DNA of 64,000 nucleotides from Methanomassiliicoccales archaeon (GCA_030593885.1 JAUVGH010000001.1:40463-104462); one strand, 5' to 3'; shown: positions 19,956 through 30,800, counted from the stretch's first letter. Made by a program: numbers and translations. Notes: generated from the sequence alone by a model not told the origin.

Positions 19956-21209
19956 TTAAGGTTTTTCATCTCCGAGGACCAGCTTCCCTCTTCCGGTCTC
20001 CTGCGTCTCCCTGTCCTTGGCCACCAGCCTCCCCCTCAGGAACGTGGCCAGTGGAAAGATGCCTTCCCAATTCTCGAAGGGTGTCCATCCGCATTTGGAG
20101 TGAAGGTCATCTCCCCTTATCTTGGTGATGTTGTGCATGTCCACTGCTATGAGGTCCGCGTCCATACCAACCTCGATCCTCCCCTTGTTCAGGCCCATGA
20201 TCTCTGCCGGTCTCTCCATCATCGCGTTTATCAGCCTTTCAATCGTGATGTTCCCTTTCTTCACATATGCCAGCATCACCGGGATCGAGGTCTCGACGCC
20301 TGGGACTCCTGAGGGTGCTGCTTCGAACGACCGCTCCTTCTCCTCCATCGTGTGAGGCGCGTGGTCTGATGCAATGACGTCGATCTTCCCGGACATCAAT
20401 GCCTCCCACATCGCCATCTGGTCGCTCTTGGTTCTGAGAGGCGGATTGGTCTTGCCAAAGCCTTCCAGATCAGAGTTCATGTTGAGCAGAAGATGATGGG
20501 GCGTGACCTCCGAGGTCAGTCTTGGGTTCTCCAGGAGAGGAATGCTCTCCTTGGCGCTCACGTGGCAGATATGGATCTTCCTGTCTGTCGATTTGATGAC
20601 CCTCTTGATGGCGGCTACCTCGGCCTCGCTGGGCCTCACTTTCAGAAAATCCTCCAGGTCCCTCTCACCGGATCCCACCAGGTTCTTGTCCTCGCAGTGG
20701 ATGCCCACGTGCCGGTCCTCTCCCACACCTTCGCATATCTCACCCAGCCTGTCGTACTCGCCGAATCCCAGTCCCGCAGCCGTTCCGGTCATGTAGACCT
20801 TGAACGGGCATCCCAGTTTGGACAGTTCGTCGGTGTGGCTGTTCTCCTTGAGAGCCGTATAGAGGCCGAAGTCAGCGTTCGCCTTGCTTCCCACAATCCT
20901 TCGCTTCTCTTGGTAGGTCCGGGCATCTACTATCGAGGGGTCATTGTTGGGCATGTCGAAGATGGTGGTCACCCCTCCGCACACAGCCCCCGCAGACCCT
21001 GAACGAAAATCCTCCTTGTGCGTCCTGCCAGGCTCCCTGAAATGGACGTGAATGTCAATTCCCGCAGGAAGGATGTAATTGCTCCCGAAATTGTGGCGCT
21101 CATCCCCCTTCAGTATCTTCTTGATATCGGCGATCTTCCCGTTCTCTATGCCGATGCAACACTCCTCAAACCTTCCCCGGAAAAATGCTCTCCCCTCGAC
21201 AACCCGCAT
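19956..21209 (-). CDS. pyrC: Dihydroorotase
   Basis: Amidohydrolase motifs GIDIHVHFREPG, HCED, ASDHAPH. Start chosen at ATG 21209 (MRVVEGRAFFRG..), 1 nt downstream of the AMMECR1 stop codon. The longer track ORF would overlap AMMECR1. Confidence 0.85.
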   Translation of the reverse strand: MRVVEGRAFFRGRFEECCIGIENGKIADIKKILKGDERHNFGSNYILPAGIDIHVHFREPGRTHKEDFRSGSAGAVCGGVTTIFDMPNNDPSIVDARTYQEKRRIVGSKANADFGLYTALKENSHTDELSKLGCPFKVYMTGTAAGLGFGEYDRLGEICEGVGEDRHVGIHCEDKNLVGSGERDLEDFLKVRPSEAEVAAIKRVIKSTDRKIHICHVSAKESIPLLENPRLTSEVTPHHLLLNMNSDLEGFGKTNPPLRTKSDQMAMWEALMSGKIDVIASDHAPHTMEEKERSFEAAPSGVPGVETSIPVMLAYVKKGNITIERLINAMMERPAEIMGLNKGRIEVGMDADLIAVDMHNITKIRGDDLHSKCGWTPFENWEGIFPLATFLRGRLVAKDRETQETGRGKLVLGDEKP

Positions 21210-21210
21210 C

Positions 21211-21810
21211 TCAGCCACCAAGGGTCTTCTCTTCCACCTCGCCCCCAGGGGAGACCTCTCCAAATATCCTTGAATTGAACTTGAAGATCTTGATGTCCTT
21301 GTCGAACCACGCATCCGGAGGAAGACCGGCTTTCATACACGTCTGCGAGAGGAACTCCTCCTCGTTCCAATTCCACTCCACGGCGACTTGGGGCAGGAGA
21401 AGGCCGCGGTAGGGCCCTTTCTCTACAATGAGCCCATCGTTCCCGACATCTATTCTCTTGGGATATTCCGTCGCTTTGCTGACCTCTATCTGCTCCGGAG
21501 AGGTCAGGATGCTGACTTCAACCGTGACCCTCTCCAGCTCTTCGGAAGACAGGCGGGGAAACCTCGGGTCCTCGGTGGAACCTTCGGCAGCTTTCACAAG
21601 CGCTCTCTTGAGCGAGAATATGGGTGATGGGTAGCCAATGCAGCCCCGCAGTTGATCCTCTGGATGGGTGTTGATGGTGACGAAGACTCCGGACTCGGCC
21701 TCGAAACTCTCTGGAAAGTTGAAGTCTGGATACGGCTTCCCCTCCACAAAGCACTCGATGACCTTTCGGGCTATCCTAACTGCAAGGGTTCCCTCCTCAA
21801 GAGAGTACAT
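21211..21810 (-). CDS. AMMECR1-domain protein
   Basis: 199-aa ORF with the AMMECR1 signature LRGCIGYPSP and ..GLLLPQVA.. Confidence 0.8.
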   Translation of the reverse strand: MYSLEEGTLAVRIARKVIECFVEGKPYPDFNFPESFEAESGVFVTINTHPEDQLRGCIGYPSPIFSLKRALVKAAEGSTEDPRFPRLSSEELERVTVEVSILTSPEQIEVSKATEYPKRIDVGNDGLIVEKGPYRGLLLPQVAVEWNWNEEEFLSQTCMKAGLPPDAWFDKDIKIFKFNSRIFGEVSPGGEVEEKTLGG

Positions 21811-21876
21811 CGACCCATTAAATGTGTTCGCTATCTTAAACCCTACGATTCCAATTGTCGGTTCTGAAGAAGAATA

Positions 21877-22143
21877 TCATGTTGGTATCTGATCCGATCC
21901 CATTGTCCTTATGTCGTAATCCAGTTCCAGTTTCCTGAGCGTCAAGCGCACATTCTCTACGCGCGCCATGAGCTCACTGACGTCCTTCCCGTTCGCCTTC
22001 AGAATCCTCTCCCAGGGAAGGACGAATATCGAGTTCTTCCTGACCATCATCCATCCGTGCTTCTTCAGGACTTCCATTAGGTCTGCTGGGATCTTCGCGT
22101 TCTGATCCATGTTGATGACTATGAATGTGGCCAAGTCGTTCAT
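21877..22143 (-). CDS. Small hypothetical protein (88 aa)
   Basis: It is the only sizeable ORF in an otherwise ~480-nt gap and has a protein-like composition. No motif recognised. Confidence 0.4.
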   Translation of the reverse strand: MNDLATFIVINMDQNAKIPADLMEVLKKHGWMMVRKNSIFVLPWERILKANGKDVSELMARVENVRLTLRKLELDYDIRTMGSDQIPT

Positions 22144-22293
22144 ATGGACTACTTACTACGTCTATTCCTGTACGGCGTAAAATCCGTTCCCTTGGGATTA
22201 TCAAATGTGATTTTCATATTGAGTCAGCCACCGATCTGTGAGGGAGAAAAGATTTATCTTCAAAACCTGTTTACTATACGAACGGTGAACTCA

Positions 22294-22827
22294 ATGTACA
22301 GAAAGGTGCCAGTCATGGAGGTTATGACCCGGAATCCGGCGACCATTACGCGAGGCGAGACCGTCTCGGAAGCCGCAACTTTGATGAAGAAAGAGGACGT
22401 CAGCGCTTTGGTCGTTGTTGAGGGGAACAAAGCCATCGGGATAATGACCGACTACGACGTTGTGCAGAAGGTGGTCGCCCAGGATATGCTACCCTCCAAG
22501 CTGAAGGTCTCAGACATAATGACCTCCCCGGTCATATCCGTACATCCGCATGTGAAGGTGGAGGAGGCCGCTCGGAAGATGTCCGAGAAAGGCGTCCGGA
22601 GGCTCGTCGTGACGGAGGACTCGGAACTGCACGGACTGGTGACCGAGAACGACATCCTCAAGCTGTGGCCAGGCCTCATTGAGGTTACCCGGGAGTACCA
22701 GAAGATCGGGATGACCGACGCGGGGATGGAGATAGAAAGCGGATACTGCGAGAGCTGCCGTGCTTTTTCAACATCGTTGGCGGAGCTGGACGGGCAACTT
22801 TTGTGCCCTGAGTGTCGCGAGAGATAA
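22294..22827 (+). CDS. CBS-pair protein with C-terminal zinc ribbon
   Basis: From ATG 22294: MYRKVPVMEVMTRNPATI.. There are two CBS repeats (..VSALVVVEGNKAIGIMTDYDV.., ..VRRLVVTEDSELHGLVTENDI..) and a C-terminal CESC..x16..CPEC. The upstream part of the track ORF is AT-rich and promoter-like. Confidence 0.8.
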   Translation: MYRKVPVMEVMTRNPATITRGETVSEAATLMKKEDVSALVVVEGNKAIGIMTDYDVVQKVVAQDMLPSKLKVSDIMTSPVISVHPHVKVEEAARKMSEKGVRRLVVTEDSELHGLVTENDILKLWPGLIEVTREYQKIGMTDAGMEIESGYCESCRAFSTSLAELDGQLLCPECRER

Positions 22828-22872
22828 TCGGCTCAAAAGGATTATAAATACTGACCCGACTGGCACGAAGGA

Positions 22873-23286
22873 ATGAGATTCGTAAAGGTATCTCAGGATG
22901 AAATAGCGAAGATCAGGAACCTGTACGAAGGCGTCATGTCCTACGCTTCGCACGGGCTATTCTACCGCGAGGGTCTTTTTCTGGGTGAGGAGATGGCCAA
23001 GATAGCGGAGAAGACTCCCGACGAGTTCATCCACGTCATATCGAACGTGCTTGTGGGCAGGGGCTGGGTGGACAGCATTTCATTCGAGAACGACCGAATC
23101 ATCGTCAAGGGCTGCATCGAGGTCTCCAAGGATGACGGCACCGGACTGGAAACATGTCACAGGCTGAGAGGGATCCTCAGCAAGGTGCTGGAGATATTCA
23201 TGCAGCAACAGGTCAGAATCGTCGAGACGGAGTGCGAGACTCTCGGCGCTGAGAACTGCGTGTTCAAGATCGAGAAAGAGGGATAA
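22873..23286 (+). CDS. V4R (4-vinyl reductase-like) domain protein
   Basis: 137-aa ORF with a V4R-like C-terminus: CHRLRGILSKVLEIF..IVETECETLGAENCVFKIEK. Confidence 0.6.
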   Translation: MRFVKVSQDEIAKIRNLYEGVMSYASHGLFYREGLFLGEEMAKIAEKTPDEFIHVISNVLVGRGWVDSISFENDRIIVKGCIEVSKDDGTGLETCHRLRGILSKVLEIFMQQQVRIVETECETLGAENCVFKIEKEG

Positions 23287-23288
23287 TA

Positions 23289-23636
23289 ATGTCATACAAG
23301 GGCTTACTGGCGACTTTGAAGAACGACTGCAATGCGATGGCATCTGCGATTATCAGCAAGGATGGAGCTGTAGTGGACAGTGATATACCCGAGGACGTCT
23401 CCAGAGAGACTTTTGCGATAATGAGTGCAACGATCATGGGCGCTGGCGTTACCGCTGCCATAGAACTCAAGAAGAGCGCTCCGGAGAGGATAGTATTGGA
23501 CTCATCTGATGTAAGGACGGTCATTATGAACGCGGGAAGGAAGAGGATACTTGTTGTCGTTGTACCTCCGGAGACCGATCCCTCTTTGGTCGTGGATTCT
23601 TCCAGAATCTTGCTTGAGTCTTTGAAGGACTCCTGA
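23289..23636 (+). CDS. Roadblock/LC7 (MglB-like) domain protein
   Basis: 115-aa ORF. The pattern ..ASAIISKDGAVVDSDIPEDVSRETFAIMSATIMGAG.. is typical of Roadblock/LC7. The stop of the V4R gene lies 2 nt upstream. Confidence 0.65.
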   Translation: MSYKGLLATLKNDCNAMASAIISKDGAVVDSDIPEDVSRETFAIMSATIMGAGVTAAIELKKSAPERIVLDSSDVRTVIMNAGRKRILVVVVPPETDPSLVVDSSRILLESLKDS

Positions 23637-25475
23637 TCAGAAATCTATGCCAAGCTCATTCAGTTTTTCTCTAGTGGGAACAGAGTTCGGACCCCACCCT
23701 CTGGCGATAAAATAATCCTCCAGCATTCTGTTCATCTCTTCCACCGTCACCAGGTGCCCTTTCGACTCTCCTTCCGGTATGGGTACGCTCGTAATCTTCT
23801 CTGGTAGAACATAATCCTGCCTGGTCATACCCTCCCGCAGGTTGTACAGCTGTTTCAGGTTGTTTATCCTCTCACCCGTCCTGAGCAGCTCTTCTTCGCT
23901 GATCTCCGCTCCAGTCACCGCCTTCAGAACATCCGTGAACCCCTCTGCAAAGAAGTATCCCCTGGAGAACTTGCACACGCCCAAAACGTCGTACAGAACC
24001 ACCAGGTCCTCCATGTCGGTTATCTCTTCGCCCTTTCCCTCGGATGAGAACCTGTCCACATCCTTGAACTTCCAGAACTTCCCGGTGAGCTCGAGCGCAT
24101 ATGCGCACGTCCTCAGATGGCATGCACCCCGTGTCGAGGTCATGAAGGCCAGGGCCATTCCCTTGATCCCCCTTACATCGTAGGCCGGTGGCTCCATTCC
24201 CTTCACGTGGACCGCATACTTGTCGGCGCCCTTTCCGATCCTCTCGGCGGCCCTTTTGACTCCGTCGGCCAGAATGTCACCCAGACCTTCTCTCTTGGCG
24301 ATCATCTCCAGCAACCTAAGCTCAGCATCCGAGTTCCCAAAGTTAAGGTCCAGCCCGCCTGTTTCTTCTCTTGTCAGTATCCCGTTCTCATACAGGTCCA
24401 TGGCGAACCCGATCGCATCTCCGGCCGATATCGTGTCCATGCCTTCGTAGTCGCAGATCTCGTTCCCCTTGGCGACCGTCTCAATGTCACCCGTCCCGCA
24501 CACTCCCCCCAGGGAGTACAAGGTCTCATATTCGATTCCGTCGATTGCCAGTCCCGCGAATCTCCCTTCGTCGATGGTGAACAATCTGCCGCAGGGCTTA
24601 GAACACGAAAAGCAGGCCTTGTTCTTCTTCATGTATATGGGCGCCCAGTGGTAAGGGTCGATCTCCTTTCTCTCGTCGAACATCCCCTCTTTCCAGTTCC
24701 GCGTTGGGAAGACGCCTCGGTCGGCATTGATCCACTCCAAGAACTCCCCAGTCCCGTACTTGGTGTCCGACTCGTATGCGGAGCTCTCGGTCATCTTGTT
24801 GACGTATTCCAGGTTAAGGTCCAGCAAGGCCTTCGGGTCATGCGGAACGAGGTCCTTTGTGCCCCGAACGGCTATCGCCTTGAGATTCTTGGATCCCATC
24901 ACCGCGCCCACACCGGCCCTGCCCGCCTGCCTATCATCACAGTCAACGCATGCGTATCTCACCAGGTTCTCTCCGGCTGGTCCAATGGATGCTACCTTGA
25001 CGTCGCCCTCCTTCTCCTTGACCATCTCGGCCGTAACCGGTACCGTCGACCCCCATAGATCCGATGCATCCTTGATCTCCACATTGTCGTTGTCTATGAG
25101 CAGATATGAGGGCTCCTTGGCTCTGCCAGTGATGACCACCGCGTCATATCCAGCATGTTTGAGCTCCGACCCTATGCTCCCGCCCATGACCGAATCCCCT
25201 ATCAGACCTGTGAGCGGTGATTTTGTGCAGAAGACGACCTTTCCACCCGTTGGCACCCCGAACCCGTCGAAGAGCCCCGGTGTCACTATGAGCGGGTTTG
25301 ATGGGTCGAAGGCGTCATGCTTAGGCCGCGACCTGTCGTAAAGAAGCCTAACAGCGAATCCGGCCCCGCCCAGGTACTTCTGGACCATCTCATCTAACAG
25401 AGCCTCTTTGGAAATCGTGCTCGTGCCCAGGTCCACATGCAGGATGCTTCCACCGTAGCCCTTCAATTCAATCAC
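23637..25475 (-). CDS. aor: Aldehyde:ferredoxin oxidoreductase family (tungstopterin) enzyme
   Basis: AOR N-terminus ..KGYGGSILHVDLGTSTISKE.., a long AOR-like body and ..YDVLGVCKFSRG.. Start is GTG 25475 or TTG 25466, directly after GGGAGG. The track ORF extends upstream into the ferredoxin gene. Confidence 0.85.
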   Translation of the reverse strand: MIELKGYGGSILHVDLGTSTISKEALLDEMVQKYLGGAGFAVRLLYDRSRPKHDAFDPSNPLIVTPGLFDGFGVPTGGKVVFCTKSPLTGLIGDSVMGGSIGSELKHAGYDAVVITGRAKEPSYLLIDNDNVEIKDASDLWGSTVPVTAEMVKEKEGDVKVASIGPAGENLVRYACVDCDDRQAGRAGVGAVMGSKNLKAIAVRGTKDLVPHDPKALLDLNLEYVNKMTESSAYESDTKYGTGEFLEWINADRGVFPTRNWKEGMFDERKEIDPYHWAPIYMKKNKACFSCSKPCGRLFTIDEGRFAGLAIDGIEYETLYSLGGVCGTGDIETVAKGNEICDYEGMDTISAGDAIGFAMDLYENGILTREETGGLDLNFGNSDAELRLLEMIAKREGLGDILADGVKRAAERIGKGADKYAVHVKGMEPPAYDVRGIKGMALAFMTSTRGACHLRTCAYALELTGKFWKFKDVDRFSSEGKGEEITDMEDLVVLYDVLGVCKFSRGYFFAEGFTDVLKAVTGAEISEEELLRTGERINNLKQLYNLREGMTRQDYVLPEKITSVPIPEGESKGHLVTVEEMNRMLEDYFIARGWGPNSVPTREKLNELGIDF

Positions 25476-25929
25476 CTCCCGAGAGGCTTCTGGCCTCTGT
25501 CCATTTCTCGCTCGCTCCCCCTTCCGAACCGTCCAGGTACTGCACAGCTTGTATCGGGCAGAACTTGACGCACATCGGGTCGCCGTGGCACAGGTCGCAC
25601 TTGGTCGCAAAATCGTCCTTCATCCAGATGCAGTCGAAAGGACATGCTTCGATGCACGCCTCGCAGCCGGTGCACTCATCCTCCACCACTTCGATGGCGG
25701 TTCCCTCGACCACTCTGATGCACTCGACCGGACAGACCGCGGCGCATTCCTGCTCACATGCATTCCCCTGGGTGCAGACGATGGGCACGTCCAACCTGAC
25801 CCCCTTCTTAGTGATTCTTATCCTGGATTTCTCCGTATTGAACACGTCCTCATGCCACAGAGAACAGACCATCTCGCACAATCTACAACCCGTACACACT
25901 TCCGGAAAGGGAACAATCGCATGCGCCAT
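25468..25929 (-). CDS. Poly-[4Fe-4S] ferredoxin-like protein, co-transcribed with AOR
   Basis: Motifs CTGCRLCEMVC, C..CEQECAAVCP, CTGCEACIEACP, CDLCHGDPMCVKFCP. Start at ATG 25929 (MAHAIVPF..) or upstream at 25977. Confidence 0.8.
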   Translation of the reverse strand: MAHAIVPFPEVCTGCRLCEMVCSLWHEDVFNTEKSRIRITKKGVRLDVPIVCTQGNACEQECAAVCPVECIRVVEGTAIEVVEDECTGCEACIEACPFDCIWMKDDFATKCDLCHGDPMCVKFCPIQAVQYLDGSEGGASEKWTEARSLSGGD

Positions 25930-25983
25930 CGGAAACCCGGTTAGTGAAACGGAATGGAATAGAAAAGACTTGCTCAACCGGCT

Positions 25984-26607
25984 TCAGAGGTAGTCCCCGA
26001 CCTCCACCTTCCAGGCGTCATGCATCATGCGGGATTTATCCGCATTGGCCGAACTGCGTATGGAGAACTTGATCGCATTTCTGTATTCACCCTTCTCCAT
26101 CTCGGCCCTGGCCTTCTCCAAGAGTTCCAGTGCCTCTTCCACGTTTCCCCCGTGTTCGCTCGCAAGGTTGATCTTCCTCTCGGCTCTCCCCAGTCGAAGG
26201 AGCAAAGCATCGAACTGCCTCGCGATGACCTCGGCTTCTTGACCGCAACGGGAGGCTATCTCCAGCGCCACCGGGTACTCATTCTCCGAAAGCGCGACCT
26301 TTGCCCTCGCCAATAGGGCCTCCGCGGCGGGGAACATGGCACCGTTCCTCTTACCGTTGCCAATGATGGTCATGGCATATGCCATCGCGCCCTCGACTAT
26401 CAGCCTGTACTCACGCGTACGGGGATCCTTCTCCTTGGAAAACTTGGCGGCCTCTTTGACCTTCGAGCCGCACCATGGGCACACGACATCGAGATCTTCG
26501 AGCTGTTCGCTGCAACCCGGACAATGAACAACAGTAATGTAGTGCTCTTTCAAAGCTTCCCACCTATCTCCTCCGTCGAGGCCGTCAACCTCCATCATAT
26601 CTGTCAT
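25984..26607 (-). CDS. Zinc-ribbon protein with helical-repeat C-terminus, function unknown
   Basis: One ribbon (CPGC..x12..CPWC), then helical units PAAEALLARAKVALSENEYPVALEIAS and GGNVEEALELLEKARAEMEKGEYRNAIKFSI. Confidence 0.75.
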   Translation of the reverse strand: MTDMMEVDGLDGGDRWEALKEHYITVVHCPGCSEQLEDLDVVCPWCGSKVKEAAKFSKEKDPRTREYRLIVEGAMAYAMTIIGNGKRNGAMFPAAEALLARAKVALSENEYPVALEIASRCGQEAEVIARQFDALLLRLGRAERKINLASEHGGNVEEALELLEKARAEMEKGEYRNAIKFSIRSSANADKSRMMHDAWKVEVGDYL

Positions 26608-26706
26608 TCAATCAATAAGTATTTTTTGGAACAATTCAATATGATTTTGTCCGATTGAGGGCGATCTCACATTTCTATTAACAAATATCTATCATGGGGT
26701 GATATT

Positions 26707-27702
26707 TCATTCAAGACTGTCAGCATCTATCATTAGAACCGCTTCTTGACCGATAGTTGACTCAGCGAGCACCTTTCCCCTTATGGCCATCTTCAGCGCC
26801 TTTCTGTAGTTGCCTTTCCGGACCTCGTCCTTGGAGCTCTCCAGAAGTTCCATCGCCTTGACCACGTCCCCGCCCTTTTTGTTGACCAGGGTCACTGTAT
26901 TCTCCGCTCTCTGCAGCGCATCAACCAGCAATCTCTTTTGGAACCCCGCGGACCTGGCAAGGTCCAGGCTGAGGGAGGCGCACCTTGATGCTCTTCCGTA
27001 GTCATTCAAGTCCATCGCCTCCCGTGCGACCACCAGGAACTTTATGGCCTTCGAGAGGTCGGAACCAGTCTCTTCCTTCTCGATCTTGATCTGGGTTACC
27101 GCCTCCTCCAACTTGGAAGTGGCCTCCTCTTTGAGGGCGTCCTCATCTCGCATCCATATGTCCGCGCCGCACTTGGCGCATTTCTCGGAATCCTCTTGCG
27201 CAACCTCATCGCACATCGGACACCGGTATTCTTCGATCCTGCGGACCTCTTCCTCCAGGTCCAGCCATATCTTTGCCCCGCATTTCTTACATTGATGATC
27301 GTCGATCTGCATTGTCTCCTGACAGGCTGGACACCTGTAGCTCATCTCCTTCTTCTCTTCCTCCTTTCCTTGAAGGTCGATTTCGCAGAAGGGGCAGACC
27401 GAGGCGTCCTGCTCGATGGGATTCTCACACACCGGACATCGGAACTCAGGTTCGTTCTCCTCTTCTGAAAGAACTGGGCTGTTGCACATGGGGCAGGTGG
27501 CAGAATCATCGTCCTTTATGTGGCCGCACACCTTGCAGCCGCTCTCATCTGTGATCATCATTGTCGGCAGTTGCGATCTGACGGGGATCGGAGTGGTCCC
27601 GGTCTTGGACACACCGTAGAACTCGCCGCACAGAGGACAGGTCGAAGTCTCATCGAGCTCCACGCCGCAATGCCTGCAGGTGTTTTGCCGTTCAATATCC
27701 AT
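26707..27702 (-). CDS. Protein with five tandem zinc ribbons and a helical-repeat C-terminus, function unknown
   Basis: Five CxxC..CxxC pairs (CRHC..CPLC, CKVC..CPMC, CPVC..CPFC, CPAC..CKKC, CPMC..CAKC), then GSDLSKAIKFLVVAREAMDLNDYGRAS and GGDVVKAMELLESSKDEVRKGNYRKALKMAI. Confidence 0.8.
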   Translation of the reverse strand: MDIERQNTCRHCGVELDETSTCPLCGEFYGVSKTGTTPIPVRSQLPTMMITDESGCKVCGHIKDDDSATCPMCNSPVLSEEENEPEFRCPVCENPIEQDASVCPFCEIDLQGKEEEKKEMSYRCPACQETMQIDDHQCKKCGAKIWLDLEEEVRRIEEYRCPMCDEVAQEDSEKCAKCGADIWMRDEDALKEEATSKLEEAVTQIKIEKEETGSDLSKAIKFLVVAREAMDLNDYGRASRCASLSLDLARSAGFQKRLLVDALQRAENTVTLVNKKGGDVVKAMELLESSKDEVRKGNYRKALKMAIRGKVLAESTIGQEAVLMIDADSLE

Positions 27703-27890
27703 CTAGAATCTGCACCCGCCTTCAAATCGTGTACTGGGTACTAATAGATTTGGCTGAGATCTATTTCGACGATGTTCACGCAAAGGCATGGGCCAGCGGA
27801 TTCCTGATGCGTTATAGGAAAGGCTATATATTCTCAAACGTGATTTGAGATTTGCTGTGACCTAAGGAGGTTGTCACGGAGGGAAGAATA

Positions 27891-30800
27891 ATGGGTAGAA
27901 CAAGTGGCCGGCGCCTTCTCGTCTCGGTTCTGAGCTTCTTCATGCTATTCGGCAGTTTCGCCGTGCTCAACTCAGATGAAGTTATTGCCCAAGGAGACGC
28001 CGTATTGGACGTCGGATGCCTAGACGAACCCAAGACCAGGAACATACTCGCTGCAAATGACGTGTGGACCCACAATGTTCTTGATCCAGTTTACGACTCC
28101 GTAACCAAGCCAGATCCCAAGACAGAAGAGGTGAAACCCTACATATTGAAAGGAACGGATGCGGACGGGGACGGCGTTTTCGGTGACAACGAGTACGGAG
28201 TCTTCACGAGCATTCCTGGCAAACCTCTGGAAGTTACGGCCTTCTACGACTTCAACGGCGTCCTGTTCCATGACGGATATCAGGCGACCGTTGAGGATCT
28301 TTTATTCACGTACCACATGGTCGCACTTGACCCAAGGACCATCTCACTGGACGTATTGAAGGACAAGAACAACCTGCCCGGATCGAACTACAGCATCACA
28401 AGATGGCTGCATCTCAATGAGCTGAAAGGGTTCGATCCACTTGACACTCTCAATAATGGGGATTGGGGCATTACGACCAAGGACTACTCTGACCCCGGCT
28501 ACAATACGAGTTTGAGAGCCGCTGTGCATATCAAACAGCAAGCCCCATACTGGGATTTCTTCCGATCTACCCTGTCTCGGACCTTCCTACCCGCCTATCT
28601 CTGGCAGGGAACTGGATGCATCTATGAGAAGGACACCTCAACCTTCAAGTGCGGCATTCACAAGAACAGGGATGGATCCGCCATGGATTCTTTCGGCATT
28701 GCATACGATCCCGATACCGGGAATGGCGTGCCCCAGAGCGACGGCAGGAAGTTCGACTACAGTCTTGCCGAGAGCTGGGACATTCCTGATGAATATGTGA
28801 TCGGAACCGGACCTTTCACATTTGACAGATGGGTGCCAGGACAGTTCGCAAGTCTAGACAGAAACGACGACTATTTCGTTGGCGAATCCTATCTCCACAA
28901 GCCATACATCGAGGGAATGCTCTTCAAGGTGTTCAAGACCACCCAGACAGCCGTCTTCGCCCTCAGGAGCGGGGACATTGACTACATCGCAATGTCGATC
29001 CCACCTGCATTCGTTCCAGAACTTCTCAATGATCACAGCATCAGTATTGTCTCAACGTCACCCAAAGGGTTCTCTTATCTATCTTACAATATGAGAGGTG
29101 AGCCTTTCGGATACCAAGGCGGAGATCCAAGGAATCCTGACGTGGGCAAGAACTTCCGACAGGCTGTTGCCCACCTCATCGACAAGAAGACCATCGTCAC
29201 CAGCCTGCTTCAGAACTACGGTATCGTCGCTGACGGTCCTGTGAGCCCAACGCTGGCCAGATGGTACAACAGCTCACTGCCCCAGCTCCCGTACGACCCA
29301 GGGGCGGCCGACGCTCTTCTTGACACTTATGATGCGTGGGACTCCTCAGACGGTCCATGCACCAACGCTAACCCGAGTGGGTGCAGGACATTCCCGGTGG
29401 TGGGGAACAGCGAGATTGAGATATTGACCCCTAACGCCGACTACGACCCCATCAGGGCTGCCGCAGGTACTCTCATCGCACAAGCAATGAACGAAGCTGG
29501 AATAAACGCCAGATCGGTTCCAACAGCCTTTGGTGAGATCGTAATGAGAATTGACGCGCGAGACTTCCAGATGTTCATCCTCGGATGGAGGATAGGTTCG
29601 GATCCGCCGGACTACTTCCATGCCTTCTTCTACTCAAGGAACGCGGCCCAGGGTCAGAACTATCCCGGATATCAGAGCGACGAGTTCGACGTGCTAAGTC
29701 TTCAGACTCGTCAAGAACTGGACGGGCCCACGCAGGTATCTCTTGTTAAGAAAGCACAAGGTGTTCTAGCCTTCGATAGGCCATATGATGTTCTGTACTT
29801 CAGGACAATCATCGAGGTATACAGATCGGACAGATTTGTCAACTGGACGGTAGGCGCCGCGGGAACCATCTTCAGCTACTGGTCATGGCTGGGCATTCAT
29901 GAACCACCGTCCGACCCCCTTCGAATCACGACTTCAATTCAGACCGATGTGGCGACGGACAGCACAGCTGCTTTCAAAGCAACCGTCACCGACCCCAATG
30001 GGAACGCCCTTTGGGGTGCAACGGTCAGTGTCTATGTTGATCCTTTTTATGGGGAATTCGTGCTTGGTCCTCAGAGGTCGAACCTGGTGAGTGGACAGAC
30101 GGATACGAACGGGGACTTGGTTGTGACCTACGTCCCGCCCACTCTTGCAGCCAACGACACAGCAAGAACAATCTTCGTCTATGCTTGGGCCACTCATCCC
30201 GGACATAATGAATCAAGAAATGCCACAGAGACCATTGTGGTTCATCCAGTTGGCGAGAACTTTCTCTCTTTGTTGATCGATTTGCCCGATGGAGACCTGG
30301 TGCCCGAGGGGAGTTCAGCCTCTATTGAGATTCAGGTTGTTGACCAAGACCAGAACCCGGCCAGTGGTGCGAATGTTTACATTGTTTCAACACCACCGGC
30401 GACGATCAATCCCAGTAACGGGACCACGGACGCAAACGGCTACATCAGTGGCCTGCCGGGCGTTATTTTCTTCTCTCCCAATGTTACCGGTGATACTCAA
30501 CATCTTATATCGATTATCGCCCAGAAGCTAGGCTATGATAGCGCAGTCGAGAGTCTGTTTCTGACCGTCAAGGACAATCGAAAGCCAAATGTGTCAATTA
30601 CTTCCATCTCCCCAGGTCAGGAACTATCTGGAGAGGTTAACATCACAGGGGATGCCAGCGATGAGGATGGGGATGACGATATCATCAGGGTTGAAGTTCG
30701 AATCGATGGTGGCAGTTGGCAGAACGCAACCGGCACATCACGCTGGAGTTTCTTGTTGGACACGTCAGATCTCTCCAACGGAGACCACATGCTCAGCTTC

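Noticed and set aside
24117-25058. 313-aa plus-strand ORF opposite the AOR gene
   Set aside because: It is antisense to a gene with clear AOR-family sequence. The product is Pro/Arg/Gly/Leu-rich with no motifs.
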